Of a stretch of 64,000 bases of DNA, positions 1 to 8,757 are shown piece after piece. The stretch comes from an uncultured archaeon (GTDB lineage: Archaea; Hadarchaeota; Hadarchaeia; Hadarchaeales; Hadarchaeaceae). The notes under the pieces were generated by a model. That model did not search any database and was not told the origin of the DNA. It saw only the letters and a program-made list of their open reading frames with translations. Made by a program: the position numbers and the translations under genes. Where the stretch lies: the NCBI GenBank assembly GCA_937921735.1, contig CAKZTQ010000015.1, forward strand, positions 28,271 through 92,270, given 5' to 3'. Every line of letters starts with the position of its first letter. Positions within the stretch are counted from its first letter, which is position 1.

Positions 1-29
1 CCGATGAGGTCGACATCCTCTGGAGATAG
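1..29 (+). CDS. kae1: 3' end of Kae1/TsaD-type t6A synthase (KEOPS catalytic subunit), partial
   Basis: Frame 3 reads ..DEVDILWR-stop (TAG 27-29). This resembles the (R)TDEV-x-V-x-W C-terminus of archaeal Kae1, and bud32 lies downstream. Confidence 0.45.
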
Positions 30-205
30 GGGAGCCTCGCTTCGTAGAAAATTTTCCCTAGTGCTTTGGCTTCTCCATGAGCGTATACTACCGCTGGAGG
101 TAAACTACCCCAGCTTTCGCGGGAACCGCTCGCGGTTACTCATCGGTGGAGGAACCTCCAGCGGTAGGGTTAAACAGCACTCCCCCGACCTAAAATGGGG
201 GAAAC
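30..205 (+). other. Structured 176-nt kae1-bud32 spacer (candidate cis-regulatory RNA or small ncRNA)
   Basis: A perfect 14-bp inverted repeat, CTACCGCTGGAGGT (88-101) / ACCTCCAGCGGTAG (154-167). Outer complementary pairs are AGTGCT 60-65 / AGCACT 176-181 and GGGG 29-32 / CCCC 182-185. A competing hairpin, TCCCCC 181-186 / GGGGGA 197-202, abuts the bud32 ATG. No ORF longer than 12 codons. Confidence 0.3.
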
Positions 206-874
206 ATGTCGTTGATCAAAAAAGGGGCAGAGGCAAACCTTTACCTAGAGGATTTCTCGAAGGTGCTCCACCCAGCTGGTGCCGGCAAGGTCATCGTCAA
301 GCATCGCGTAAGCAAGGAATACAGGGTGCCCCAGCTCGACCTGCGGCTACGGGAAAGCCGCACCGCCCTCGAGGCGAGGTTGCTCGCGGATGCCAAGGTC
401 GCGGGTGTGCCGACGCCTGCCGTCTACGAAGTCGATCGAACGGGCATGCGATTGGTCTTGGAATTCGTCGAAGGGGAACGAGTAAAATCGGTCTTGGATA
501 AGCTCAAGCCCGCCCAGAGGCATAAGCTGTGCCGCCTCATAGGTATGCAGATCGCTCGTCTGCACAAAGCGGGAATGGTGCACGGGGACCTGACGACCTC
601 TAACATGATATTGACGAAAAACGGCAAAGTTTACTTCGTGGACTTTGGACTGGGGGAGTACGACCGCTCGCTCGAGGCACGCGGCGTTGACCTCCACCTG
701 CTCAAACGTGCCCTGCAGAGCACTCATTTTCGTATTGCCGATAAAGCTTATGCGGCGATCATCGCCGGCTATAGGGACGAGCTGGGGAAATCCGCCGATG
801 ATATCATCAGACGCGCCGAGGAGATCGAAAGGCGCGGCCGCTATGTGCCAAGGGAGGAGAGAACTTGGACCTGA
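206..874 (+). CDS. bud32: Bud32/PRPK atypical kinase (KEOPS subunit)
   Basis: LIKKGAEA N-terminus, HGDLTTSNMIL catalytic loop and VDFGLG motif, as in archaeal Bud32. Confidence 0.93.
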   Translation: MSLIKKGAEANLYLEDFSKVLHPAGAGKVIVKHRVSKEYRVPQLDLRLRESRTALEARLLADAKVAGVPTPAVYEVDRTGMRLVLEFVEGERVKSVLDKLKPAQRHKLCRLIGMQIARLHKAGMVHGDLTTSNMILTKNGKVYFVDFGLGEYDRSLEARGVDLHLLKRALQSTHFRIADKAYAAIIAGYRDELGKSADDIIRRAEEIERRGRYVPREERTWT

Positions 875-1431
875 TCTTCGCGACCAGAAATCGCCATAAG
901 TTCGAAGAGGTGAGGGAGATGGCCTCGGTCTACGGGATAAAGCTTAAGATGTACCGCGGGCCCCGTGAGGAGATTCAGTCGGATAAGCTGGAGGAAATAG
1001 CAAAGCACAGCGCGATCGTCGCATGTACGGCGCTGAAAAGGCCATGTTTCGCGGAGGATGCCGGCCTGTTCGTGAAGGCCCTGCACGGCTTCCCAGGACC
1101 CTACTCCTCGTATGCGTTCAAAACCATAGGCAACGATGGTCTGCTAAAACTAATGGCCGGAGAGGGCAACAGAGGGGCCGAGTTCCGCTCGGCGATAGCA
1201 TACTGCGAACCAGGTTCGAGACCGGTCGTATTCTCCGGGAATGTGAGGGGATATATCGCGAGCGCGAGGCGTGGATCGGGAGGCTTCGGATTTGACCCTA
1301 TTTTTATTCCGATCGGTGGAGACGGCAGGACCTTTGCCGAGATGTCGATCGACGAAAAAAACAAATTTTCTCACCGCGCAAAGGCCTTCGAAAAGTTTCT
1401 TAAGTGGTACATCCAAAGGAAGAAGGCCTGA
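865..1431 (+). CDS. Non-canonical purine NTP pyrophosphatase (Ham1/RdgB ITPase)
   Basis: [12 protein letters not shown]-terminus, FGFDPIF and FSHRAKA motifs. Overlaps the bud32 stop by 10 nt. Confidence 0.9.
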   Translation: MDLIFATRNRHKFEEVREMASVYGIKLKMYRGPREEIQSDKLEEIAKHSAIVACTALKRPCFAEDAGLFVKALHGFPGPYSSYAFKTIGNDGLLKLMAGEGNRGAEFRSAIAYCEPGSRPVVFSGNVRGYIASARRGSGGFGFDPIFIPIGGDGRTFAEMSIDEKNKFSHRAKAFEKFLKWYIQRKKA

Positions 1432-1442
1432 GGTGGGAGAAA

Positions 1443-1865
1443 ATGGGAGAACCATCAGAAAGTCGAAGGGCCATCAAATCCCCAAGCGGTCTATCCGCTA
1501 GCGAGGTGGAGGAACTAGTGGTGAAACTGGCGAAGGGTGGGCACTCTGCAAGCATGATCGGCCTCATCCTACGCGATCAGTATGGCGTACCGGACGTAAA
1601 GCAGATCACGGGAAAAAGCGTAACACAGATCTTAGATGAGCACGGCTTAAAGCCTGAGATACCCGAGGACCTGATGAACCTGATCAAAAAAGCGGTCGGG
1701 CTGCGCAGGCATCTGGAGCGAAATAGAAAGGATATGTCCTCCAAGCGGGCCCTCCAGATCCTCGAGAGCAGGATAAATAGGCTTGCCAAGTATTATGTCC
1801 GAGTCGGCGCGCTACCCGCGGGCTGGCGTTACGAGCCAGAAAAGGCGGCGCTTTTGGTTCGATAG
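1443..1865 (+). CDS. rps15: 30S ribosomal protein S15 (uS15/S13e)
   Basis: ATG at 1443 preceded by [19 protein letters not shown] and [10 protein letters not shown] motifs. Confidence 0.9.
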   Translation: MGEPSESRRAIKSPSGLSASEVEELVVKLAKGGHSASMIGLILRDQYGVPDVKQITGKSVTQILDEHGLKPEIPEDLMNLIKKAVGLRRHLERNRKDMSSKRALQILESRINRLAKYYVRVGALPAGWRYEPEKAALLVR

Positions 1866-3311
1866 GTGCCCAACTTGATACCCGCTGAGATAAGGAAATT
1901 TTACCGCATGGCGGAGGAGGCGGCCGCGTTCTTCAAGGCCCATCTGATGGGAAGAAGTCGCGTTAGGATTATAACTCACGTAGATGCCGACGGGATCGCA
2001 GCGGCCGGGGTCCTAGCTAGGTGCCTCCATGCTTACGATGTACCGTTTCACATCAGGTTCACAAGCCCGCTCAAACCAGCGGAGATAATGGAACTGGGCA
2101 ACGAAGGGTATGATTTATTCATCTTCGTGGATCAAGGCAGCGGCCAGATTTCAGCTATAGAAAAGTTTCTGCTGGAGAAGGGATGCGATGTCCTAATCCT
2201 AGATCATCATCCCAGTGAACTCCCGAAGCACAGGAACCTGTCCTACCTCAATCCCCATGCGTGTGGACTCAACGGGGCGAAGGACGTGAGCGCTGCTGGG
2301 GTAGTTTATTCGCTCGTGGAACGTGTGGACGCAAGCTTTACCCGCCTCATCGGACATGCGATAACAGGTGCGATAGGGGACCGCCAAGAATTTTACTCTG
2401 GTTTCGCTGGCGTGAACGAAACGCTACTTAAGCGAGCCATAGACCTCGGGCTCCTGTGCACCCGCACCGGCCTTAAGCTCATTGGGCGATGGCTCCCGAT
2501 CGCCGAGTGCTTAGCGATGTCCATCAGGCCCTATCTACATGGCCTATCCTATGAGCTGGGGGCGTGCCGCTCTTTGATCGAGGAACTCAAGATACCACCA
2601 GAGACCACGCTTGAGGAACTGGACGAGACTTCCGAGGAAAAACTCAGGGACGCCATTATAGCGAGGATGGGCGCCACAGCAGCCTGCGAGAGCTTCCGCC
2701 GCACGCTCTGGGGAACTATTTATAGAATGACAAGGGAAGTGGTGGGCCCACCAAACGTCCACGAGCAGGTAGCTGTGCTGGACGCCTGCGGTAAGCTCGG
2801 CAAACCCCAAGTTGGTTTTGCGCTAACGGTGGGGGATCGAACGATGCTACCCGAGGCCATGGAAACCCTGAGGACCTATCAGGAGAAGATGAGGGAAGCT
2901 CTGAGTTGGTTTGCGGCAAACCTCACTTCCTTCAAAACTACACAACAGATGCACTATGTTCTCACGAGCGAGAAGGTCGATGAAAGCCTCTTAGGGGAAG
3001 CCTTGGCGCTGGCGATGGAATCCGGAATCGTGCCGACGGACCGCCCGGTAATAGGGATGGTGGAGGTCGATGCCACCGAACTTAAGGTCTCCGCCAGGGC
3101 CACGCCCGATCTAGCGATGCGGGGCGTAAACGTGGGGCAAGCAATAGCAAAGGCCGCCAAGACCGTGGGCGGCGAGGGTGGTGGCCACGATGTCTCCGCG
3201 GCCGCCCGAATTCCGCGCGACCGGGTGAAAGAATTTATAACAAAGCTGGACCAGAGCCTAGCCGAGGGGGATGTCGATGAACCATCCGCGGCGAGTACAA
3301 TTGGGGTTTAG
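1866..3311 (+). CDS. RecJ/Cdc45-like DHH phosphoesterase (GAN/RecJ1-like)
   Basis: DHH motifs HVDADG, FVDQG, LDHHP and GGGHDVSAA. The start could be GTG 1866 or ATG 1905. Confidence 0.8.
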   Translation: MPNLIPAEIRKFYRMAEEAAAFFKAHLMGRSRVRIITHVDADGIAAAGVLARCLHAYDVPFHIRFTSPLKPAEIMELGNEGYDLFIFVDQGSGQISAIEKFLLEKGCDVLILDHHPSELPKHRNLSYLNPHACGLNGAKDVSAAGVVYSLVERVDASFTRLIGHAITGAIGDRQEFYSGFAGVNETLLKRAIDLGLLCTRTGLKLIGRWLPIAECLAMSIRPYLHGLSYELGACRSLIEELKIPPETTLEELDETSEEKLRDAIIARMGATAACESFRRTLWGTIYRMTREVVGPPNVHEQVAVLDACGKLGKPQVGFALTVGDRTMLPEAMETLRTYQEKMREALSWFAANLTSFKTTQQMHYVLTSEKVDESLLGEALALAMESGIVPTDRPVIGMVEVDATELKVSARATPDLAMRGVNVGQAIAKAAKTVGGEGGGHDVSAAARIPRDRVKEFITKLDQSLAEGDVDEPSAASTIGV

Positions 3312-3312
3312 G

Positions 3313-4662
3313 ATGGACGAAGACGTCAGGCGGGCCATTGAGCTCCTCGAGGATTTGAAAGAGATAGAGAGCCCCCGCATACTAAATTTCTCGCATCACG
3401 ATTTGGACGGTATATGTAGCGCAGCGATAATCAAGCGCCTGCTCCAGCGATATTTAAACGCGACCGTCGTCACCAAGCTTCCCCCCCGGTTCATGCTAAC
3501 GACGTCCGAGGTCGAAGATGCCTTGGCTGATGGGCCTTTCGATGCCCTTGTGATCTCGGACAAGGGCACGTTTGATCACTACGACGATTTTCTCGAATAC
3601 GTCGAAAGAGTGCTCGTGATAGACCATCACCTTAGCGATGGTGTGCCAAAGCGCTGCGTGGTATACAATCCCTCCGCCCACCGCTCGGTCCCCACAGCTG
3701 CCTCCTTGCTGTGCCTCATGCTGGCGGAGGAGCTTGATCTAACGGACGAATACGATGATTTCGCCGCTTTAATGGGATGCAGAGGAGATTTCGTCTTCGA
3801 TCCCGTCCTTGATAACTGCGAGGAGTTTGCAAAACCATTCATCGAACGATCGGCGAGAAAATTTAAAAACATGTTCGAGCCCAAGGTTGAGCGCCCGACT
3901 ATGTTTGATTTAGTGGATAGGGAACGTACGACACTGATCAACCAAATCGGGGAGCTGCTGCATGCCGGTTGCCTCGCCCATTTCTATCAATCGGCCGAGC
4001 GGTTCTACGGTCCGGAGCTGGTCCTCAATTGTATATTGAAGCTCGCGGACGAAAAAATCAAGTTAAACGAGCTCAACAGCTTAGGAGACCTACTTAGCCA
4101 TTTACATTTACCCGTCAGCCAAGTTCTCTCAAACGCGTACAATGCCTTCAAGTCCGATTGGGATCTCCTCGCGAGAAGGGCTGAAAACTCGATATTGCTC
4201 AATGAGGTTCAAGGAGTCGGGATTTACCTAATATTCGCAAGGGAAGCGCCCGCGATGCAGGCGGCACCTTTCCCAGCCATATTGCCATACGTCGCGATGA
4301 CCAAGTTGCATCCGTTAAGGACATCTAAGAACCATCAGAATGTTTTGATGATCGTCTTCTGCCCAAAAACTCAGGGGGTGCACATTTCCATGCGAAGCAC
4401 GGGCGGCGTTTTAGACTGCCATATCCTATGTAGCGAGTTAGCAAGGCGCATAAAAACACTTTACCGCCAAAATGAGGGAATCTCAGGAGGAGGACATGAG
4501 AAGGCGGCTGAATGTTTCATCAGCGGATCTGTGCCGATGTACGCCGCGATGCACGAGTTAATGTCCCTCGTGCGAGAAATCGTTCAATTCGCCAAGGGTG
4601 GATCAGGGCTTGAAGAAAAAGTTAAAGCTTTCAACGATGATTCACGGATCCCCCGACCTTGA
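3313..4662 (+). CDS. Second RecJ-like DHH phosphoesterase (RecJ2-like paralog)
   Basis: HHDLDG, ISDKG, IDHHL and GGGHEKAAE motifs. ATG 3313 lies 1 nt after the upstream TAG. Confidence 0.75.
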   Translation: MDEDVRRAIELLEDLKEIESPRILNFSHHDLDGICSAAIIKRLLQRYLNATVVTKLPPRFMLTTSEVEDALADGPFDALVISDKGTFDHYDDFLEYVERVLVIDHHLSDGVPKRCVVYNPSAHRSVPTAASLLCLMLAEELDLTDEYDDFAALMGCRGDFVFDPVLDNCEEFAKPFIERSARKFKNMFEPKVERPTMFDLVDRERTTLINQIGELLHAGCLAHFYQSAERFYGPELVLNCILKLADEKIKLNELNSLGDLLSHLHLPVSQVLSNAYNAFKSDWDLLARRAENSILLNEVQGVGIYLIFAREAPAMQAAPFPAILPYVAMTKLHPLRTSKNHQNVLMIVFCPKTQGVHISMRSTGGVLDCHILCSELARRIKTLYRQNEGISGGGHEKAAECFISGSVPMYAAMHELMSLVREIVQFAKGGSGLEEKVKAFNDDSRIPRP

Positions 4663-4695
4663 CCACCCTTATTAAGCAATGCCAAATAAATTTGA

Positions 4696-5127
4696 GTGAT
4701 AAAGATGACATTTGAACAAAGTGAACTCCAACGGCTAGTTGAGGTAATTATCGACCTGCTGCAGCGCTATTGGCATGATCCCGGCGCGATAGAGGTCATT
4801 CAATCGGAGCTCGACAAGTTATATCGAAAGATCCCTATTTACGCGGGCATTCAGGCCAACTGTCTCTCACAGGTAGTGGTGCCGATCCCCACAAACCAAC
4901 TGCAGGAGGGAGAAGAGGTATCGATCCTTCTCAAGGACGACGCGATAGTGGTCGGGAAAGTATCGAAAGTCACGCCAAGCGAGGTGAAACTAGTAGAGTG
5001 CAAACAGTTCGAGCGACCTAGGTCCTGCGCAGAGGTCACGCTTCCCATCCAGAACATTCGCGAGGTAAGGCTGCTCGCGCGCGACGTCTTAAAAAGGGAG
5101 TGGCCAAGCTTGGACTTTAAAGCTTGA
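4696..5127 (+). CDS. Hypothetical protein (143 aa), no family recognised
   Basis: A clean ORF in an otherwise fully coding plus-strand run, 9 nt upstream of clp1. Alternative ATG at 4705. Helical N-terminal half and beta-rich C-terminal half. Confidence 0.5.
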   Translation: MIKMTFEQSELQRLVEVIIDLLQRYWHDPGAIEVIQSELDKLYRKIPIYAGIQANCLSQVVVPIPTNQLQEGEEVSILLKDDAIVVGKVSKVTPSEVKLVECKQFERPRSCAEVTLPIQNIREVRLLARDVLKREWPSLDFKA

Positions 5128-5136
5128 GGTGTCTAG

Positions 5137-6393
5137 ATGCCGAAGCTAAGGCTCAAGCGAGGGGATATCCTTCGGTTGGAAGGGCTTTTGAGTTTGCAGG
5201 TGGAGGAGGGCAGGGTGTTGATAAGCGGGGGTTTATACGAAAAGGGCAGCAAGATCTCGATTCCCAAAGCTAAATCGTTGCCTTTGGAGGCGGAAGAGGA
5301 TGCGGTCGTCGACTATTCCTTAGGAGAAGGTGGGCACATAGAGCATCTATCGGAGCGGACGATACCTCCTGAATGGGATGCCCTCATCCGAGACATCGTC
5401 GATAAGAGGCCTCGCCTCGTGATGGTGATGGGAAACGTTGACGTAGGTAAGACTTTCTTTACAACTTACGTGGCGAACACCTTGTTGAGGCACGGCATAC
5501 GCGCCGCGGCAGTCGATGGGGACGTTGGACAGGCGGACATCGGACCACCGAGCACGGTTGGGGTTGGGTTGTTCGAACGCCCCGTTGGGCTGTTATACGA
5601 GATACCGATGCTCAGCGCATATTTCGTGGGTTCGATGTCGCCCTCCGGCCATATGCTGGAGTTCATCGTGGGAATGGCCAGGATGGTCGAGCGAGGTCTG
5701 AGGGAAGCCGAAATGGTAATAGTGAACACTCCAGGTTGGATCTTCGGCGGGCCGGCAAGGTCGCTTCAGCTTCACCTCGTAGAGCTGCTAAGGCCGGACA
5801 TCGTGGTAGCCCTCCAACAGGATAAAGAACTAGAACATTTGCTCGCATGCATCCCGCAGACGAATGTGAGAAGGATTCCCACGTCCAAAAGCGTGCGCCC
5901 GAGATCCCGCGACGAAAGGGCCTTTCTTCGTGAGCTATTACTTGGACGGTACTTCAATAACGCGGGCAGGATGGTCCTAGATCTGCGCAGGGTAAGGCTC
6001 GAACGTTGCTATTATCGCACAGGTCAGCCCATCGACCAAAGGAGCTTGGGGATACGCGAGCCTATTTTACACGCTGAAAAGTTGCCGGAGGGGTTGCTCG
6101 TCGTCGTCAAAAGGGCCCTGAGTCAAGATGCCATCCGCGAGTTGAAAAAGAGGTTCGAGCAGGTAAAGGTGATCGAGGCGGGCAGCGAAAGATATCTGCT
6201 GGTCGGTTTGGTAGATAAGACGAATGAGCTGCTAGGTCTTGGGATTATCGAGAGGATTGATTACTCTCGCGAAAGGATGACCGTGATTACCCCCGTACGT
6301 GATAGAGACAGGATCTGGGCGGTACAGATCGGGTCGATGAAAGTAAAACCGAGCGGTAAGGAAGTTGGAGTATTGAGACCAGGGAGCTTTTAG
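5137..6393 (+). CDS. Clp1/Grc3-family polynucleotide 5'-hydroxyl kinase
   Basis: P-loop GNVDVGKT, DGDVGQ and NTPGW motifs, in three-domain Clp1 order. Confidence 0.8.
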   Translation: MPKLRLKRGDILRLEGLLSLQVEEGRVLISGGLYEKGSKISIPKAKSLPLEAEEDAVVDYSLGEGGHIEHLSERTIPPEWDALIRDIVDKRPRLVMVMGNVDVGKTFFTTYVANTLLRHGIRAAAVDGDVGQADIGPPSTVGVGLFERPVGLLYEIPMLSAYFVGSMSPSGHMLEFIVGMARMVERGLREAEMVIVNTPGWIFGGPARSLQLHLVELLRPDIVVALQQDKELEHLLACIPQTNVRRIPTSKSVRPRSRDERAFLRELLLGRYFNNAGRMVLDLRRVRLERCYYRTGQPIDQRSLGIREPILHAEKLPEGLLVVVKRALSQDAIRELKKRFEQVKVIEAGSERYLLVGLVDKTNELLGLGIIERIDYSRERMTVITPVRDRDRIWAVQIGSMKVKPSGKEVGVLRPGSF

Positions 6394-6401
6394 GTGTTTC
6401 C

Positions 6402-6638
6402 ATGAGGATGAATGTCAGAGTTGTGTGTAAGTACGAAAGCGCTTCGATCGCCAAAGCGGTCGCTAGGGCATTGCAACCTGATAACCTTCAAGCTCCAAGT
6501 GGCATCGAGATCGTCACGGTAGCGCGCGGCAAGCAGGTCATCACCAGCATGAGGATGAACAATAAAATAGAAACACTTTTAGCGACGCTTGACGATTTAC
6601 TTTCCTGCACTTGTACGGCAGAAAATATGATCGGGTGA
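6402..6638 (+). CDS. pcc1: Pcc1-like KEOPS subunit
   Basis: 78 aa. The ARALQPDN..IEIV....G..V..S....LLATLDDLL pattern resembles Pcc1/CTAG. The stop overlaps the serS ATG (TGATG). Confidence 0.55.
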   Translation: MRMNVRVVCKYESASIAKAVARALQPDNLQAPSGIEIVTVARGKQVITSMRMNNKIETLLATLDDLLSCTCTAENMIG

Positions 6639-8149
6639 TGAAATTGTTGTTCGAACTCAGGGTCGAGTGCACCTTCAGCCGAGAACTCGAGCAGGTAAAA
6701 GACGACGTGAAGGAAGCGATGGTGCAAGCCGGACCTCTTTTGCTCAAAGGCACGCCTCCGGGCAAGGAGGCAGAGGCCGCGAGGATCGAGAGCTGGCAAA
6801 TTGATGGCAAGAAGCTGGAGCTTGTGATAGTATCGGGAAGGTACGTGCGCGCGCACGATGCGTTGTTGAGGTTGGCCAAGGTAATAGGAACTGAACTCGG
6901 AAAAAAACATAAGATAGGTCTCAGGAGGATCTCGGCGCGAGAGTATCGAGTAACGCTGCCCATCAATATGCCTCCCGACCGAGCTAGACAACTTCTGGCA
7001 GGACTGCCGTGCGAGGTCGTGGTGGAGGACCAAAAAGCCGTGCTGATTTTGCGCGACCTAGATGAGGCCGCATTGCGGGGCCATGTCGTGAATAGGCTAA
7101 TCGCGATGGCGGAAGCCGCGCTTAGGGAGGTACCGCCGGTCGCCGCGCCGAAGGTGGTGAAAGAAGGGGACGAGATAGAGCATCCGTTCCGCGAGGACCC
7201 GCTGGAGGTCGCGAAGCGATTGGGTTGGATAGCGGAATTCCCGGGAAGGGGACAGTGGACCTATACTACACCTTACGCTAAGTTGCTCCGAGTGTTAGAG
7301 GATCTCATAATAGATCGGATAGCCCTAAAGCTTGGCTTTGAGGAAGTCCTCCTTCCCAAACTCATCCCGCTCGAGGTGATGCAGAAGATGCCCGGTTACT
7401 TGGACGAGCTACCTGAAGGCATGTACTATGTTTGCCCCCCGCCTCGGGAGCCAGAGGTCTTCACCGATTTCAAGCGCAGGCTTAAGCTCACCAAGAGACT
7501 TCCCCTCGACGAGCTCCGCAGGTGCTTGAAGGAACCAGCTTATGTGCTGGCGCCAGCTCAATGCGAGCCTTTCTATGAATATTTCGGCCACAAGAGGGTT
7601 AAGGTCGAGGACATGCCCATCAAATTCTTCGACAGGAGTGGTTGGACCTACAGGTGGGAAGGAGGGGGTGTTGAGGGTATCATACGCACCCAAGAGTTCA
7701 GGCGCATCGAGTTCGTGTTCATCGGTAAGCCCGAGGATGTGGTCAACATCAGGGATGCTGTAAGGGATAAAAGCGTTGAGCTAGCCAAGGAGCTCGGTTT
7801 GAGGTGGCGCCTGTTGGTGGCGACCCCCTTCTACATGCGGGAGGGGGGCATCGAGGAGGATATAACCGACAGCCGCAAAGTCGCTACTTATGACCTCGAG
7901 GTCAAGCTACCCTATAAGGACGATTGGCTGGAGGTGGCCTCTTTCCATGTGCACCGGACGAAGTTCGTGGAAACCTTTAAGATAAAAGAAATCAAGGGGC
8001 GAGAGATATGGACCGGATGCTGCGGCTTTGGAACCACGAGGTGGGTGGCCAGCTTCCTCGCACAGCATGGCTTCGATCCAACCAAGTGGCCGGAGCTCGT
8101 GAGGAAAAGGGTGGAGCCGCTGCCTAAGATACATTGGACGGTGATGTGA
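6638..8149 (+). CDS. serS: Seryl-tRNA synthetase, atypical methanogen type
   Basis: Collinear with my recollection of the Methanosarcina barkeri-type SerRS: SGRYVRAHDALLRL, EHPFREDP, YYVCPPPREP, FFDRSGWTYRWEGGG. Presumed Zn ligands lie in AQCEP, QEFRRIE and TGCCGFG. Confidence 0.9.
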   Translation: MKLLFELRVECTFSRELEQVKDDVKEAMVQAGPLLLKGTPPGKEAEAARIESWQIDGKKLELVIVSGRYVRAHDALLRLAKVIGTELGKKHKIGLRRISAREYRVTLPINMPPDRARQLLAGLPCEVVVEDQKAVLILRDLDEAALRGHVVNRLIAMAEAALREVPPVAAPKVVKEGDEIEHPFREDPLEVAKRLGWIAEFPGRGQWTYTTPYAKLLRVLEDLIIDRIALKLGFEEVLLPKLIPLEVMQKMPGYLDELPEGMYYVCPPPREPEVFTDFKRRLKLTKRLPLDELRRCLKEPAYVLAPAQCEPFYEYFGHKRVKVEDMPIKFFDRSGWTYRWEGGGVEGIIRTQEFRRIEFVFIGKPEDVVNIRDAVRDKSVELAKELGLRWRLLVATPFYMREGGIEEDITDSRKVATYDLEVKLPYKDDWLEVASFHVHRTKFVETFKIKEIKGREIWTGCCGFGTTRWVASFLAQHGFDPTKWPELVRKRVEPLPKIHWTVM

Positions 8150-8757
8150 TGGAAGAAAAAGCGCGGGAACGTCGGGCGGGTAGGGACACCTGGGGGGAAA
8201 AAGGATGGTATGACGTGTTTGCTCCCCCGATGTTCGGTGAGACCAAGATAGGTGAGACCCCGGCTTCAGACCCACGCCTTTTGGAAGGACGGGTGTTAGA
8301 AACCACGTTGGGCGATTTGATAGACGATTTTTCAAAATCGCACATCAAGCTCTACTTTCAAATAGAAAAGGTGGAGGGAAACCGCGCCATAACGAGTTTC
8401 GTCGGCCACGACATGGCCTCCGACTACATCAGGAGCCAAGTCAGGAGGAGGGCAAGTAAGGTGGACTGCATATGCACGGTGACTACGCGGGACGGGTACA
8501 AACTGCGGGTGAGCTCGATGGTGACTACCCTCCGCCGCATCCAGAGCTCGCAGATCAGGGCGATCCGTAAGGGGATGCGTGAAGTCGTAGAGCGCCGCGC
8601 CACCGAGCGCAACTTCGACCAATTCATCCAAGAGGTCGTGCTCGGCAAGCTCTCCTCTGATATCTACAAGGTGGTAAAGAAGATCTGCCCAGTCAAGCGG
8701 GCTGAAGTCAGAAAGACAAAAGTGCTCAGCACCCCCTCAAAAGGGGTAGGTTTTTAG
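8149..8757 (+). CDS. rps3ae: 30S ribosomal protein S3Ae (eS1)
   Basis: KGWYDVFAPPMFG N-terminal motif. The ATG overlaps the serS stop (TGATG). Confidence 0.9.
   Translation: MEEKARERRAGRDTWGEKGWYDVFAPPMFGETKIGETPASDPRLLEGRVLETTLGDLIDDFSKSHIKLYFQIEKVEGNRAITSFVGHDMASDYIRSQVRRRASKVDCICTVTTRDGYKLRVSSMVTTLRRIQSSQIRAIRKGMREVVERRATERNFDQFIQEVVLGKLSSDIYKVVKKICPVKRAEVRKTKVLSTPSKGVGF

Noticed and set aside
4-501. 165-aa plus-strand ORF at the window start
   Set aside because: It runs across the kae1 stop and the non-coding spacer, and then out of frame through bud32. It is Arg/Gly/Ser-rich with no motifs. The bud32 frame has unmistakable kinase motifs.
6635-6641. C-box-like GTGATGA strings (also near 16757, 28740 and 43191) as possible C/D box sRNAs
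   Set aside because: All lie inside coding sequence or at stop-start overlaps. No CTGA D box or terminal stem is present at the right distance.
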